Positions 8,088 to 18,730 of a DNA stretch of 50,636 nucleotides are shown piece by piece. The stretch comes from Candidatus Methylomirabilis sp. (lineage in GTDB: Bacteria > Patescibacteriota > DYJS01): the NCBI GenBank assembly GCA_020723005.1, contig DYJS01000006.1, forward strand, positions 1 through 50,636, given 5' to 3'. The notes below the pieces were generated by a model. It was given only the letters and a program-made list of their open reading frames with translations, searched no databases and was not told the origin of the DNA. The translations under genes and the position numbers were made by a program. Numbering within the stretch: position 1 is the first letter of the stretch; every line of letters starts with the position of its first letter.

Positions 8088-8771
8088 ATGAAATATAAAA
8101 ATTTTATATTATCAATAGCTTCTTTTTTAATTTTATTTTTTGTTTTTTTTTCAAAAACAGATTTTTATAGAATTTTTTTCTATTCAAAAATAGATTCTGA
8201 AAAATATAATTTAGAGTTAGCAAATCTTCTATATCTTTCTGAAGAAAACAAAGACTTAAAATCAAAAATAAATTTTTTATACGAAGAAGGAACTAACGAT
8301 ACTGAGGTTTATGAAGTAAAATCTGATGTTTTGTCAATTTCTTATGATCAAGGGAAAACTATTTTAGTTTTAGCAAAAGGAAGAGATTCGAATGTAAAAA
8401 CTGGTTGTTTTGTATCAAGAAACAATAATTTTATTGGTTTGGTGTATTCCATAAAAAAATCTACATCTTTTGTTCATATCTTAAATTCTTCAGATTTTAA
8501 TATTGAAGCTGAAGTAAAAGATGCAAATGTAAAAGGTGTTTTGGAATACAGTTTAGATGGTTTGTTTTTAAAAGAGATTCCTTCAAACAAAAATTTATCA
8601 GAAGGGGCAATTATTACAACAATTCAAACAGAAGATATGCCAAAAAAATTTGTTGTTGGAGTTGTTAGCTCAATTATTAAAAATGAAAGTTCTCCAACAT
8701 TTTCTGCAGAGATCTCTCCTGCATTGAATTTTGAGAATCTTGGGTTTGTTAATATTTATTGTAAAAAATAA
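8088..8771 (+). CDS. mreC: Rod shape-determining protein MreC
   Basis: It lies immediately after mreB. It has an N-terminal TM, a coiled-coil (NLELANLLYLSEENKDLKSKINFL), then a beta-rich domain. Confidence 0.7.
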   Translation: MKYKNFILSIASFLILFFVFFSKTDFYRIFFYSKIDSEKYNLELANLLYLSEENKDLKSKINFLYEEGTNDTEVYEVKSDVLSISYDQGKTILVLAKGRDSNVKTGCFVSRNNNFIGLVYSIKKSTSFVHILNSSDFNIEAEVKDANVKGVLEYSLDGLFLKEIPSNKNLSEGAIITTIQTEDMPKKFVVGVVSSIIKNESSPTFSAEISPALNFENLGFVNIYCKK

Positions 8772-8777
8772 AAAAAT

Positions 8778-9188
8778 ATGTCAGTAAAAAAATATATAAT
8801 ATTAATTTTTCTCTCTTTTCTCCTTTCTTCCTTTGGATTTTTTTCAATAGTGTTTTTAACTTCACCAGACGATAGGTTTGGAAATTTAAATAAAGTATTT
8901 TTCTTTCTCTCTTTTCTCTTTTCGTTAGTTTCGATTCTAACTTTAATAATATATTTTTTATCAATTTTTTTCACAAAAAATAAGATTTTTATAAAATATT
9001 TTGATCTTTTAGAGGTTTCTTTTAAAAGATCTTTTTTTATCACACTGGGAATTATAATTTTTTTAATTTTTAGAATGATAAAAATTTTTGGCTTTTATAT
9101 TCCATTCACCCTTCTTATTCTTGTTGTTTTATTTGGGGAAATCCTAATCCGATTAAAGATAAAAAGAAATGAATCAAAGTTTCTATAA
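8778..9188 (+). CDS. Small polytopic membrane protein in the MreD position
   Basis: It has about four hydrophobic helices and lies 6 nt after mreC. The call rests on position only. Confidence 0.4.
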   Translation: MSVKKYIILIFLSFLLSSFGFFSIVFLTSPDDRFGNLNKVFFFLSFLFSLVSILTLIIYFLSIFFTKNKIFIKYFDLLEVSFKRSFFITLGIIIFLIFRMIKIFGFYIPFTLLILVVLFGEILIRLKIKRNESKFL

Positions 9189-9275
9189 CATAGAATAAAA
9201 ACTATCTAAAATTATTATTTCAAAATTTAAAAATTTTTTTAAGAAGGGTTTTATTAGATTTTGATTTTTTAATTT

Positions 9276-10565
9276 CTAAAAAATAGAGTTCCAAAAAAAT
9301 GTATATTCTAAAATTTTGACAATATCTCCATCTAAAATTCCAAGTTTTTTTAGTTCTTTGTCCAGTTTTCTTCTTTTTAGTGCCAAAAAAAATCTCCTTA
9401 AACTAGATTCGTTTTCCCAATTTGTTCTTCTTGCAAGTGTTTCAAAAGGCTCTCCAAAAATTTCAAATTTATGACTTTTTATTTTTTTTACTCCAAAAAA
9501 ATTTTTTCTAGGGGTTAGTTCTATAATATTTTCGTTTTTTTTACTCTCTTTTTTTTCTTCAAGTTTTTTAATTCTTATTTTTTCTTTTTCAGAGATTTCG
9601 AAAATTTTTATCAAAAGTTCCTTCAACCCTTCTCCAGAAACAGCAGAGATTTGAAAAACATCTTTTCTAGAATTTGAAAATTTTGAGATATTTTTTTTAT
9701 TTTTTTCAGAAGAATCAATTTTATTGATCACCACAATTCTTTTTTTCTTGAAAAGTTTTGTAGAAAATTTTTTTAACTCATTTTCAATAATTTCGAAATT
9801 TTTTTCTAAATTTTCATCTGTTCCATCAAGCATATGAACCAAAACAATACATCTTTCAACATGTTTCAAAAATTTATGTCCAAGACCCTTTCCATTTCCT
9901 GCACCTTCAATTAGTCCGGGAACATCTGCAAAAACCAATCTTTTTTTATGTAATTCAACAACTCCAAGGTTTGGTTCAAGGGTTGTGAATGGATAATTTG
10001 CAATTTTTGGCCTGCTATCAGAAATTTTTGAGATGAGCGTAGATTTTCCTGCATTTGGCATTCCAATAATTCCAACATCTGCAATTAACTTTAGAGTTAG
10101 TTTACAAAAAATTTCCTCACCAGAAAGTCCAAGTTCTGCAAAATCTGGCCTTTGTCTATTTGAAGATGAAAAATGTGCATTTCCAAATCCTCCAATTCCA
10201 CCTTTTGCAATTACAAAACTTTCTCCGTGATGTGTAAAATCAAAAATTAATTTATTATTTTTTAGATTTAAAACTTGTGTTCCAACAGGCACTTTTGCAA
10301 TTAAATTTTCTCCAAATTTTCCTCTCATCTTTTTTCTTTTTCCGTTTTCACCATTTTTTGCAAAAAAGTTTTTATCACGAAGAAATCTCATTAAAGTATG
10401 TTCACTTTGATCTGCAATAAAAATTACATCACCACCTTTTCCACCATCTCCTCCGTCTGGACCACCATTTGCATTAAATTTTTCATGAAGAAAAGAGACG
10501 AGTCCGTCTCCACCTTTTCCTGCCTTGATATGAATATCTGCTTCATCAATAATATGAACCATCAA
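9276..10565 (-). CDS. obg: GTPase Obg/CgtA
   Basis: The glycine-rich Obg fold (AGKGGDGLVSF, GGPDGGDGGKGGDV), GTPase motifs GMPNAGKST, DVPGLIEGA and NKID, and a C-terminal OCT-like domain are all present. Confidence 0.95.
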   Translation of the reverse strand: MMVHIIDEADIHIKAGKGGDGLVSFLHEKFNANGGPDGGDGGKGGDVIFIADQSEHTLMRFLRDKNFFAKNGENGKRKKMRGKFGENLIAKVPVGTQVLNLKNNKLIFDFTHHGESFVIAKGGIGGFGNAHFSSSNRQRPDFAELGLSGEEIFCKLTLKLIADVGIIGMPNAGKSTLISKISDSRPKIANYPFTTLEPNLGVVELHKKRLVFADVPGLIEGAGNGKGLGHKFLKHVERCIVLVHMLDGTDENLEKNFEIIENELKKFSTKLFKKKRIVVINKIDSSEKNKKNISKFSNSRKDVFQISAVSGEGLKELLIKIFEISEKEKIRIKKLEEKKESKKNENIIELTPRKNFFGVKKIKSHKFEIFGEPFETLARRTNWENESSLRRFFLALKRRKLDKELKKLGILDGDIVKILEYTFFWNSIF

Positions 10566-10665
10566 AAAATTTTACATAAAAAAACTAATAGTTAGATTTT
10601 ATTTTACAAATTTTTGACTTTGTTAATTAAATAAAATAAAAGATTTCTAGTTTAATGAATTATAA

Positions 10666-11241
10666 ATGAATAAAAAAATGATTTTTCCTTTTTTCTTGAC
10701 TTTTGTATTTTTTCTTTCTGGTTGTGATATGAAGAAAAACGATAATAAAAATCCTAAAAATTCTAAAAATTCTGATTCAAATTTCAGTGAAAAAGATTAT
10801 GAAAATTATTCAAAAGTAGTTTTTGGAAAAGTCTCTTATTATGTTCCAAAAGATTGGGAGAAAAGTGGTGAAAATTTTTATCAAGCTAATAAGGACTCTA
10901 AAAAAGCAGGAAACAATTTTATTTTACAAATTATGACCTCTCCAGTTTCCATAATAGTTAATGAAGAATTTTGTGATATGATTTCTGAATCGGCAATAAA
11001 ATCTTTTAAATCTTCAGGTGAAATTGAACCTAATTTGCAAAAATCTGAGTTTTTGAAAACAGACGAAAAAGATTCTTGTGCTTTGTCTTGGAAAAATTTA
11101 TACAAAGGAGTTGGCTTGATTCAAGATCAGTTAATTGTTTTTGATAACAATAATCAATATACATTTACAATAACTCAAATTTATGGGAATGAAGATGAAG
11201 ATTTAGATGAAATGATTTTTAAATCTATTAGATTTGAATAA
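10666..11241 (+). CDS. Putative lipoprotein, function unknown
   Basis: A signal peptide ends in the lipobox FLSGC, followed by an Asn/Lys-rich linker. Confidence 0.6.
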   Translation: MNKKMIFPFFLTFVFFLSGCDMKKNDNKNPKNSKNSDSNFSEKDYENYSKVVFGKVSYYVPKDWEKSGENFYQANKDSKKAGNNFILQIMTSPVSIIVNEEFCDMISESAIKSFKSSGEIEPNLQKSEFLKTDEKDSCALSWKNLYKGVGLIQDQLIVFDNNNQYTFTITQIYGNEDEDLDEMIFKSIRFE

Positions 11242-11345
11242 AAACTTAAGTTTATTTTTTTAAAAAATATTTAGAGTGTTATTAGTTTAGTATATCTTTT
11301 ATAGTTTCATAAAGATAAACTATACATTTTAGTTTATAAAATTAT

Positions 11346-13253
11346 ATGAAGAATAAAATCCAGAAATTTAAGGAAAAGTATAAATTTTTATTTGAAAATT
11401 TTCAAAAATTTTTTCCCTTAATATTTCTTGTTTTTGTAATTGAACTTTTAATGAATTTAACTGAAGTTTTTGTTCCATTTTTTAGTAAATTAAAATTGGA
11501 TCAGCTTGAGCTACAAAACAGAGAGATGTTTGGAATAAATTTCAATTCTCCTGCAGGATTATTTATTGCAATCGTAGTTTTTGAAGGAATAACAATGGTT
11601 TTTATTCGTTTTTCAAACATTTTTCGTTCTTTTTTTAATGATCTTGTTTCATACAAAGTTGATTCCGAAATAAAGATAAAAATTTACAAGAGATTTTTTA
11701 ATTTTGATTATGGAATTTTTTTAAATCCAAAATCTTCAGCACTTCTTTGGAGTGTTGATGGAATGTCATATATTTTAAAAAGTATCACAGATTATTTTTT
11801 TAATTTTATATCAGTTTTTATTGAGCTTGTATCAATTGGTGGAATTTTACTTTTTATTGATTATAGAATTATTCCAATAGTTTTTTTTACAACCATTTTA
11901 TCTGCAGTTATTAGAAAAAAAAGATATTTGTCTGAAGTTGAGCGAAGAATAAAAAACACCCCACTTCGAAATAAACTTAACACACTTTCTAGTTCACTAA
12001 CTGGAAATTTTCACAGATTGATTCTTGCTGGTGCATCAAAAGAGATTATTTTGAAACAAACTGAATTGATCAGCGAAAGAAGAAAGATAGATTTAGAAAA
12101 TTTTAAAATCAATAATTTTTATGGAATTTTAGAAGAGTTTATTTTTCTTATTTCTCAAAGTATAATTTATGTTTTTTTAGGTTTTCTTGTTTTGGATCAA
12201 AAAATTACAATTGGAACTTTTGGAATGATTCTCGCTTACAGCACAAGAATTGGATCAACTTTTAGCAGAATATCAGATTTTGGAAGAAGAAAAAATGATT
12301 TAATATTAGAACTTGCAAAAATTAGGTTTGTTTTGGAGATAAAATCAAAACTAGATTTTTCAAATATTGACGAGAGCATTAAAAACATTTCTGTTCAAAA
12401 GATAAAAATTTTAAATTTAATTTTTAAATATCCAAGATTTTCTGATTTGGAACTTAGATATTTAAAAGAGAGTGTTGACAGTATAAAAATTACAAAAAAA
12501 GACGATTGGTTGGTTCATATGAAAGAGAGAATAGAAAAGTTTATTTTAGAAGAAAAAAAAGAGAATAAAGTGGTTTTAAAAAATATAAATTTAGAATTTA
12601 AAATTGGAGAGATTACTGCTCTTGTCGGGAGAAATGGGAGTGGAAAAACAACAATTACAAATCTTCTTTTGAGAGGATTTGATCCGGATTCTGGAGATAT
12701 ACAATTTGATGATTTTGATTTAAAAAATATTCATCCAGAAATTGTTAGATCAAATATTTCAATCTTACAACAAGAACCATTTTTTATTCACGATTTTTCA
12801 ATTCGAGAAAATTTGTTAATCGGTGCAAATAGAGATGTTTCTGACGAAGAGCTTTGGAATATTTTGGAAAAAGTAAAATTGAAAAATTTTATTGAAAGTG
12901 CTCCAAAAAAACTTAATACAACAAGTGAAGATGATTTTCAGCCAAGTGGAGGGCAAGAGCAGATGCTTGCTATTGCAAGAGTTCTTGTTCAAAATCGTCC
13001 AGTTATAATTTTTGACGAGGGGACTAATCAACTTGATGCAGAAAAGGAGATGGAGGTTTTGAAAATTTTACAATCTATTAAAAAAGATAAAATTATAATT
13101 TTTATTACACACAGAATTACAACAGCAAAAAAAGCAGATAAAATTTACTCAATTGATGATGGAAAAGTTGTTGAAGTTGGAACGCATGAAGATCTTGTTA
13201 AAAATCAAAATGGAATTTATAAAAAATTTTGGGATTTACAAGTTGTTGAATAG
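11346..13253 (+). CDS. ABC transporter, fused permease/ATPase (exporter type)
   Basis: The N-terminal half has about six TM helices. The C-terminal half has Walker A GRNGSGKTT, signature PSGGQEQMLAIARVL, Walker B IIFDEGTNQLD and an H-loop ITHR. Confidence 0.9.
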   Translation: MKNKIQKFKEKYKFLFENFQKFFPLIFLVFVIELLMNLTEVFVPFFSKLKLDQLELQNREMFGINFNSPAGLFIAIVVFEGITMVFIRFSNIFRSFFNDLVSYKVDSEIKIKIYKRFFNFDYGIFLNPKSSALLWSVDGMSYILKSITDYFFNFISVFIELVSIGGILLFIDYRIIPIVFFTTILSAVIRKKRYLSEVERRIKNTPLRNKLNTLSSSLTGNFHRLILAGASKEIILKQTELISERRKIDLENFKINNFYGILEEFIFLISQSIIYVFLGFLVLDQKITIGTFGMILAYSTRIGSTFSRISDFGRRKNDLILELAKIRFVLEIKSKLDFSNIDESIKNISVQKIKILNLIFKYPRFSDLELRYLKESVDSIKITKKDDWLVHMKERIEKFILEEKKENKVVLKNINLEFKIGEITALVGRNGSGKTTITNLLLRGFDPDSGDIQFDDFDLKNIHPEIVRSNISILQQEPFFIHDFSIRENLLIGANRDVSDEELWNILEKVKLKNFIESAPKKLNTTSEDDFQPSGGQEQMLAIARVLVQNRPVIIFDEGTNQLDAEKEMEVLKILQSIKKDKIIIFITHRITTAKKADKIYSIDDGKVVEVGTHEDLVKNQNGIYKKFWDLQVVE

Positions 13254-13486
13254 AAAGGGAAAATGAAATTAGATTTTAAAAGTATGAAAATATTTATTTT
13301 ATTTTAAGAAGAGTTTTTATTTTTCTTTTCTAAATATATTTATAATTTTAAAAATTTTTATCTTTAGGAAATAATTTTGATAAAAACCAATAATATAATT
13401 TTTACTTGATCTGTAGTGAAGATAAAATAAATAAATCAAAAAATTTGTAGAAAAAGTTTGATTTTTAATGTTTAAAAATGAAGAAT

Positions 13487-14998
13487 TTATTCAAAAAATT
13501 TTTCTAAAACTTCTTTGATTTTCTCTTCAATTTCTTCAGTTAAAGCTTTTTCTTTTTCAATTTTTTCAATTAAATCATTAAATTCAGTTTTGACAAAAGT
13601 AATCAACTCTTTTGTTTTGTTAGAAATTTCAGATTGTAAAATTTTATTAAAATATCCATTTATTCCAGCATAAATTAAAACAGAGTGTTGCCAAAGAGAT
13701 CTTGGTTCTCCATTTTTCTGTTTTAAAATTTCCATTAAAATTCGACCTTTTTCAATCTTTTGTTTTGTGGATTCATCAAGGTCTTGCGAACCAAATTGTG
13801 CAAATGCTTCTAGCTCACGAAATTGTGCAAGTTCAAGCTTTAGTTTTCCAGCAATTTTTTTGATAATCTTTGTTTGTGCAGAAGATCCAACACGAGAAAC
13901 AGAGAGTCCAACATTTACAGCAGGTCTTTGTCCTGCATAAAAAAGTGCAGATTCAAGATAAATTTGTCCATCTGTGATTGAAATTACATTTGTTGGAATG
14001 TATGCAGAAACATCTCCAGCTTGAGTTTCAATAATTGGAAGAGCAGTTAAACTTCCTCCTCCTTTGCTTTCTGAAAGTCTTGCAGATCTTTCTAAAAGTC
14101 TTGAATGTAAATAAAAAACATCTCCTGGATAGGCTTCTCTTCCCGGTGGTCGTCGTAGTAAAAGTGATATTTGTCGATAACTTTGTGCATGTTTGGAAAG
14201 ATCGTCAAAAATTATCAAAGCATCTTCTCCTCTTTCCATAAAATATTCTCCAATTGCACAGCCAGTATATGGTGCAAGATATTGCAAAACTGCTGGATCG
14301 GAAGCGTTTGCAGAAACAACAACTGTATTAGCAAAAGCTTTTTTGGATTTTAAAAATTCTACAATTTGTGCAACTTTTGATGCTTTTTGACCAATTGCAA
14401 CATAGATACATTTTACACCAGAATCTTTTTGATTGATGATTGTGTCTAGTGCAATACTAGTTTTTCCACTTTGTCTATCACCAATTATCAATTCTCTTTG
14501 TCCTCTTCCAATAGGAATTAAAGCATCAATTGCAGAAATTCCAGTTTGAAGAGGTGTATCAACAGATTTTCGGAAAATTACACCAGGTGCTTTTTTTTCA
14601 AGTAGGCAATCTTCTCCGTCCGAAACTTTCTCGTTTCCATCAAGTGGATCTCCGATTGAATTTATCACTCTTCCTAAAATTCTTTCAGAAACATTTATTG
14701 AAAGTGTTTTTCCAGTTGCAAAAACTTCGGTTCCAACTTCAACATCACGATCGTCTCCTAAAATTAAAGCCTTTATAGAAAATTCTTCAATGTTTAAAAC
14801 TAAACCTTTTAAAATTTTTTCATTTGCTTGGTTCACAAATTCCACAACTTCATTCATTCCAACAATTTGTTCAATTCCAACAATTTCTGCAACTCCATCT
14901 TTCGTAGAAATAACTTCGCCAGAAATATTTGATTTTTTTAAATCATTTGAATCTTTTGAAAGCAAAGTTTTAACATTTTCGACTAATTTATTTTCCAT
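13487..14998 (-). CDS. atpA: F1 ATP synthase alpha subunit
   Basis: GDRQSGKTSIALDTIINQ (the alpha-type P-loop), ELIIGDR and PAVNVGLSVSRVG match along the full length. Confidence 0.95.
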   Translation of the reverse strand: MENKLVENVKTLLSKDSNDLKKSNISGEVISTKDGVAEIVGIEQIVGMNEVVEFVNQANEKILKGLVLNIEEFSIKALILGDDRDVEVGTEVFATGKTLSINVSERILGRVINSIGDPLDGNEKVSDGEDCLLEKKAPGVIFRKSVDTPLQTGISAIDALIPIGRGQRELIIGDRQSGKTSIALDTIINQKDSGVKCIYVAIGQKASKVAQIVEFLKSKKAFANTVVVSANASDPAVLQYLAPYTGCAIGEYFMERGEDALIIFDDLSKHAQSYRQISLLLRRPPGREAYPGDVFYLHSRLLERSARLSESKGGGSLTALPIIETQAGDVSAYIPTNVISITDGQIYLESALFYAGQRPAVNVGLSVSRVGSSAQTKIIKKIAGKLKLELAQFRELEAFAQFGSQDLDESTKQKIEKGRILMEILKQKNGEPRSLWQHSVLIYAGINGYFNKILQSEISNKTKELITFVKTEFNDLIEKIEKEKALTEEIEEKIKEVLEKFFE

Positions 14999-15002
14999 AT
15001 TT

Positions 15003-15419
15003 TTAGGTTAAATTTTTTAATTGTTTTCTTACACTTTTATCAATTATAATTCCTTTATTTGTTTCCAAAATAACTCCAGCAATAAGAGTTTTGTCTAAAA
15101 CTTCTTTTAATTCAACTTGTTCTCCTAAGACAACTTCTAGGTTGTTTCTTGTTCTAGCTAAAGTTTCTTCTGAAATTTTTACAGGTGTTCGAATTGTTAC
15201 AACAAGTTTTGTAAGATTTGAAAGTTCTTGCAAAACAGATTTTCGCTCTTCATTGCTCAAAGAATCAATTTTTTTGATAGTTTTTCCAACTCCAGATTTC
15301 AAAATTTTTTCCATAACATCGACCAATCCACTATTTATGGCATCAACTAAAACAGAAACTTTTTTTCTGTCCCCAGACAATTTTAATTGCTTAGAAATTT
15401 TTCCAGCTAATTTGCTCAT
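15003..15419 (-). CDS. atpH: F1 ATP synthase delta (OSCP) subunit, short form
   Basis: It lies between atpF and atpA. The C-terminus LIAGVILETNKGIIIDKSVRKQLKNL is delta-like. At 138 aa it is shorter than the usual ~180 aa. Confidence 0.7.
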   Translation of the reverse strand: MSKLAGKISKQLKLSGDRKKVSVLVDAINSGLVDVMEKILKSGVGKTIKKIDSLSNEERKSVLQELSNLTKLVVTIRTPVKISEETLARTRNNLEVVLGEQVELKEVLDKTLIAGVILETNKGIIIDKSVRKQLKNLT

Positions 15420-15438
15420 TGTTTAAATTTTAAAGATT

Positions 15439-15660
15439 TCAAAATTTTGTCTTTATTGGCATTAAATTTTCAATTTTAATAAAAACTTGTTTTAATTTTT
15501 TAAAGTTCTGTAGTGTCCAAACAAATATTAACACAATAATATTAATAAGTTTGAAAACATCTAAAAGATTTGTGTAAGGAGTAAAAATGTAAAATAAAAT
15601 AATTGTTAAAAATGATAAAATAAAAATAGTTAGAAATAAAAATAAAATTTTTTTAATCAT
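15439..15660 (-). CDS. Possible small two-TM membrane protein embedded in the atp operon
   Basis: This 73-codon ORF starts 1 nt after the atpF stop. It is very hydrophobic, but it lies on a T-rich strand where Phe/Ile/Leu-rich ORFs can arise by chance. Confidence 0.35.
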   Translation of the reverse strand: MIKKILFLFLTIFILSFLTIILFYIFTPYTNLLDVFKLINIIVLIFVWTLQNFKKLKQVFIKIENLMPIKTKF

Positions 15661-15661
15661 C

Positions 15662-16183
15662 TTACCCTTTTAATGATTTTATCAGATCTTTTTCTGCTTC
15701 TTCAAGAGATTTTAAAGTTAAATTTTCAATTGTATCATTTGCTGTAGCATTTTTACTCTGTGCGATTAAAATTTTTGCAAAATCTTTGACAAGCTCTTTA
15801 CTGCTTCCAGAAATCATTTTGGAAATTTCATTTTTTGCTTCCTCTCTTGCTTCTTTCAAAATCTTTTCTTTTTCTGCTTGAGCGTCAACTTCTGCTTTTT
15901 TGAAAATTTCATCAAGTTTTGATTTTTGGGAAGAGATAATCTCTTTTGCTTCTTGTTTTGCAGAATTTATCATATTTTCATAAGACTTACGACTTTGCGA
16001 AAGAGCATCTTCTGCTTTTCGAAAGTTTTCTTCCGCATCTTTTTCTTTTTTTTCTTGATCTTCAAACATTTTAATTATTGGTTTGTAGAGAAGTTTTGTG
16101 AGCAAAAACAAAACAAGACCAAAATTTATAAAATACAAAATGAAGTTTGTAAAATTAAATCCAATTTCTTTTAATGCTTCCAT
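15662..16183 (-). CDS. atpF: F0 ATP synthase subunit b
   Basis: It has an N-terminal TM (FILYFINFGLVLFLL) and a long charged helix (EAKEIISSQKSKLDEIFKKAEVDAQAEKEKILKEAREEAK). The operon position supports the call. Confidence 0.85.
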   Translation of the reverse strand: MEALKEIGFNFTNFILYFINFGLVLFLLTKLLYKPIIKMFEDQEKKEKDAEENFRKAEDALSQSRKSYENMINSAKQEAKEIISSQKSKLDEIFKKAEVDAQAEKEKILKEAREEAKNEISKMISGSSKELVKDFAKILIAQSKNATANDTIENLTLKSLEEAEKDLIKSLKG

Positions 16184-16379
16184 TTAAAAATTTTAATTTT
16201 TCAAAAACTTTTTATCTTTATCGTTGCAAGGATTTTGTAAAAATTCGTAGTAATCCTGTTTTTTTTAAATCATTTTGAACCGCTAAAAATTTTTTTAAAA
16301 TCCTGAATTTATTCAAAACGAAAATCCGTTCTGAAAATGATAATTTTGAAATTTATTTAGCAAATACGAAATTTTGTAT

Positions 16380-16601
<222 letters not shown>

Positions 16602-16635
16602 TTAATTTTAAAAATTTTTAATAAACAAAATAAAT

Positions 16636-17475
16636 TTATGCTTTTTCAATCTCCAAAGGAACTTTTTCAGAAAACGAATGATCAGAGACATTCTTTTTTT
16701 CATAAGAATTCTCACTTTCTTCATGTTCGTGTGGGGTTGTTGCAATTTTTATGAAAACAGAGGTTAAAAGTGCAAAAACAAATGCTTGAATAAATCCAAC
16801 AAAAATTTCAAGTCCATAGAAAATTGCAGGAATTCCAACTTTTGTTAATTCTGTCATCACAAGAAGAACAACTTCACCAGCAAAAATATTTCCGAAAAGA
16901 CGAAAACCAAATGATAAAATTTTTGCAAATTCTGAAATAATTTCAATTAATCCAACAAAAAGTTCTGGCCATTTTGCCGGTTTGAAAAGATTTGCCGGAT
17001 TAAAAAATTTTTTAAAATAAGAAAATTTAAGCTCTTTAACACCAAAAAATTGAATTGCCAAAACTGCAAAAAGTGCAATGGCAAATGTTAAATTTATGTC
17101 GCTTGTTGAACCGCGAAAAATTGGAACATGTATATGTTTTCCATGAACTTCGTGAATCACATAGATTGATTCTCCCATTCCTAGAAAAAGTCCAAGCCAG
17201 TTTGAAAAAAGAACGAAAAGAAAAATTGTTGCAAGAATTGGAAAATATTTCTTTGTTTTTTCTTTGTTTTCAATTACTCCGTCAAAAATTCCAAAAAGAC
17301 CTCCAACTATCATTTTCATCAAAGTTTTGAATCTACTTTTTTTCTTTCCAAAAGAAAATTTAAGAGCAATTCCAATAAAAGTAAAGAGAACAACAATTGC
17401 AGAAAGCATTGTGTTGGTGATTGCAAAGTGTCCAATCTCAAAAACATTCCCCGGTGCAATGTGAATTGATTCCAT
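16636..17475 (-). CDS. atpB: F0 ATP synthase subunit a
   Basis: It is polytopic, with LSFGFRLFGNIFAGEV (the conserved Arg helix). It is the first gene of the atp cluster. Confidence 0.9.
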   Translation of the reverse strand: MESIHIAPGNVFEIGHFAITNTMLSAIVVLFTFIGIALKFSFGKKKSRFKTLMKMIVGGLFGIFDGVIENKEKTKKYFPILATIFLFVLFSNWLGLFLGMGESIYVIHEVHGKHIHVPIFRGSTSDINLTFAIALFAVLAIQFFGVKELKFSYFKKFFNPANLFKPAKWPELFVGLIEIISEFAKILSFGFRLFGNIFAGEVVLLVMTELTKVGIPAIFYGLEIFVGFIQAFVFALLTSVFIKIATTPHEHEESENSYEKKNVSDHSFSEKVPLEIEKA

Positions 17476-17613
17476 AAATTTTTCTCAAATCAAAAATTCA
17501 ACTATTCTTTAAATTTGAAATTCTTTTAAGTCAAGAATAAATATTTTTTTTAGAAATAAAATTTATTGATTTAAAAATTTCAAAAATTATTTACCCGTTA
17601 GAGATATTTTTTT

Positions 17614-18717
17614 ATGAATACAAAAAGAGAACTTTTTCTATATTTTTACACACTATTTTCTCAATCATCATCAAAACTTTTATATTTAGATCAAAATTTT
17701 GATATTTTTCAAATTTATGATGATAGAAAAAATTTTGATTTTCTGAATAAACTAAAATTGACAGAAAATCAATTTCAAAATCTTAATAAATTTAGAAAAT
17801 TAAGTGTTGAAGACCTTTTGTCTTGGTTAAAAAAATTTAATCAGGATTTTGTTACAATTCTTGATGAAAATTATCCACAAAATTTAAAATTTACAAAGAA
17901 TCCACCCCCTATAATTTTTTTTAGAGGAGAATTTCCATCAAGCAAAGATGATTTTTCAATTACAATTGTTGGAACAAGAAAATTAACTTTTTATGGAGCA
18001 GAAGCAACGAAAAAGTTTTCAAAAGAATTGGTTAATAGTGGTTTTTCTGTGATTAGTGGATTGGCGATTGGAATTGATACAGAAGCACATATTTCAACAT
18101 TAAACGAAGGTGGAAGAACATTAGCTGTTTTGGGAGGCGGAATTGATGAAAAATCAATTTTTCCAAAAGAAAATTTAAAATTAGCAGAAAAAATTATTGA
18201 TAGTGGTGGAGCCGTTATTTCTGAATATCTTCCGGAAACAGAAATTCAAAAATTTAATTTTCCAGCTCGTGATAGAATTATGGCAGGAATTTCAAAGGGT
18301 GTATTAGTTATTGAATGTCCAGAAAAATCTGGAGCTTTGATTACTGCAAGTGTTGCATTAAATGAAGGAAGAGAAGTTTTTGCAGTTCCTGGAGATATTT
18401 TTAAACAAAATTCATTAGGAACAAACAATTTAATTAAATCTGGTGGTGCAAAACTTGTGACAAATGTTCAAGATATTTTAGATGAATTTGGTCTTAAAAA
18501 AGAAAATGCTAAATCTTTTGTTGATGCAAAAAGTAATTTACCAAAATCAAAAGCAGAGATTTTGATTCTTGAAATGTTACAATTTTCAGATTTACATATT
18601 GATGAAATTGTTAGAAAATCAGAGCTTTCTCAAGCAGAAATTTTACAAACAATTACAATGATGGAGATTACAGGAGCAATAAAGCATATTGGTGGAATGG
18701 TGTATAGAAAATTATAA
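17614..18717 (+). CDS. dprA: DNA-processing protein DprA (Smf)
   Basis: TIVGTRKLTFYG, ISGLAIGIDTEAH, AVLGGGID, FPARDRIMAG, SGALITA and the C-terminal winged-helix segment match DprA. Confidence 0.9.
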   Translation: MNTKRELFLYFYTLFSQSSSKLLYLDQNFDIFQIYDDRKNFDFLNKLKLTENQFQNLNKFRKLSVEDLLSWLKKFNQDFVTILDENYPQNLKFTKNPPPIIFFRGEFPSSKDDFSITIVGTRKLTFYGAEATKKFSKELVNSGFSVISGLAIGIDTEAHISTLNEGGRTLAVLGGGIDEKSIFPKENLKLAEKIIDSGGAVISEYLPETEIQKFNFPARDRIMAGISKGVLVIECPEKSGALITASVALNEGREVFAVPGDIFKQNSLGTNNLIKSGGAKLVTNVQDILDEFGLKKENAKSFVDAKSNLPKSKAEILILEMLQFSDLHIDEIVRKSELSQAEILQTITMMEITGAIKHIGGMVYRKL

Positions 18718-18730
18718 ATTTTAAAATTTT

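Noticed and set aside
16184-16379. A possible hairpin (AGGATT...AATCCT) and sRNA lie in the 196-bp atpE-atpF spacer.
   Set aside because: The stem is only 6 bp with a long loop, and the T-run is on the strand opposite to operon transcription. The gap itself is reported within the atp finding, but no discrete element can be supported.
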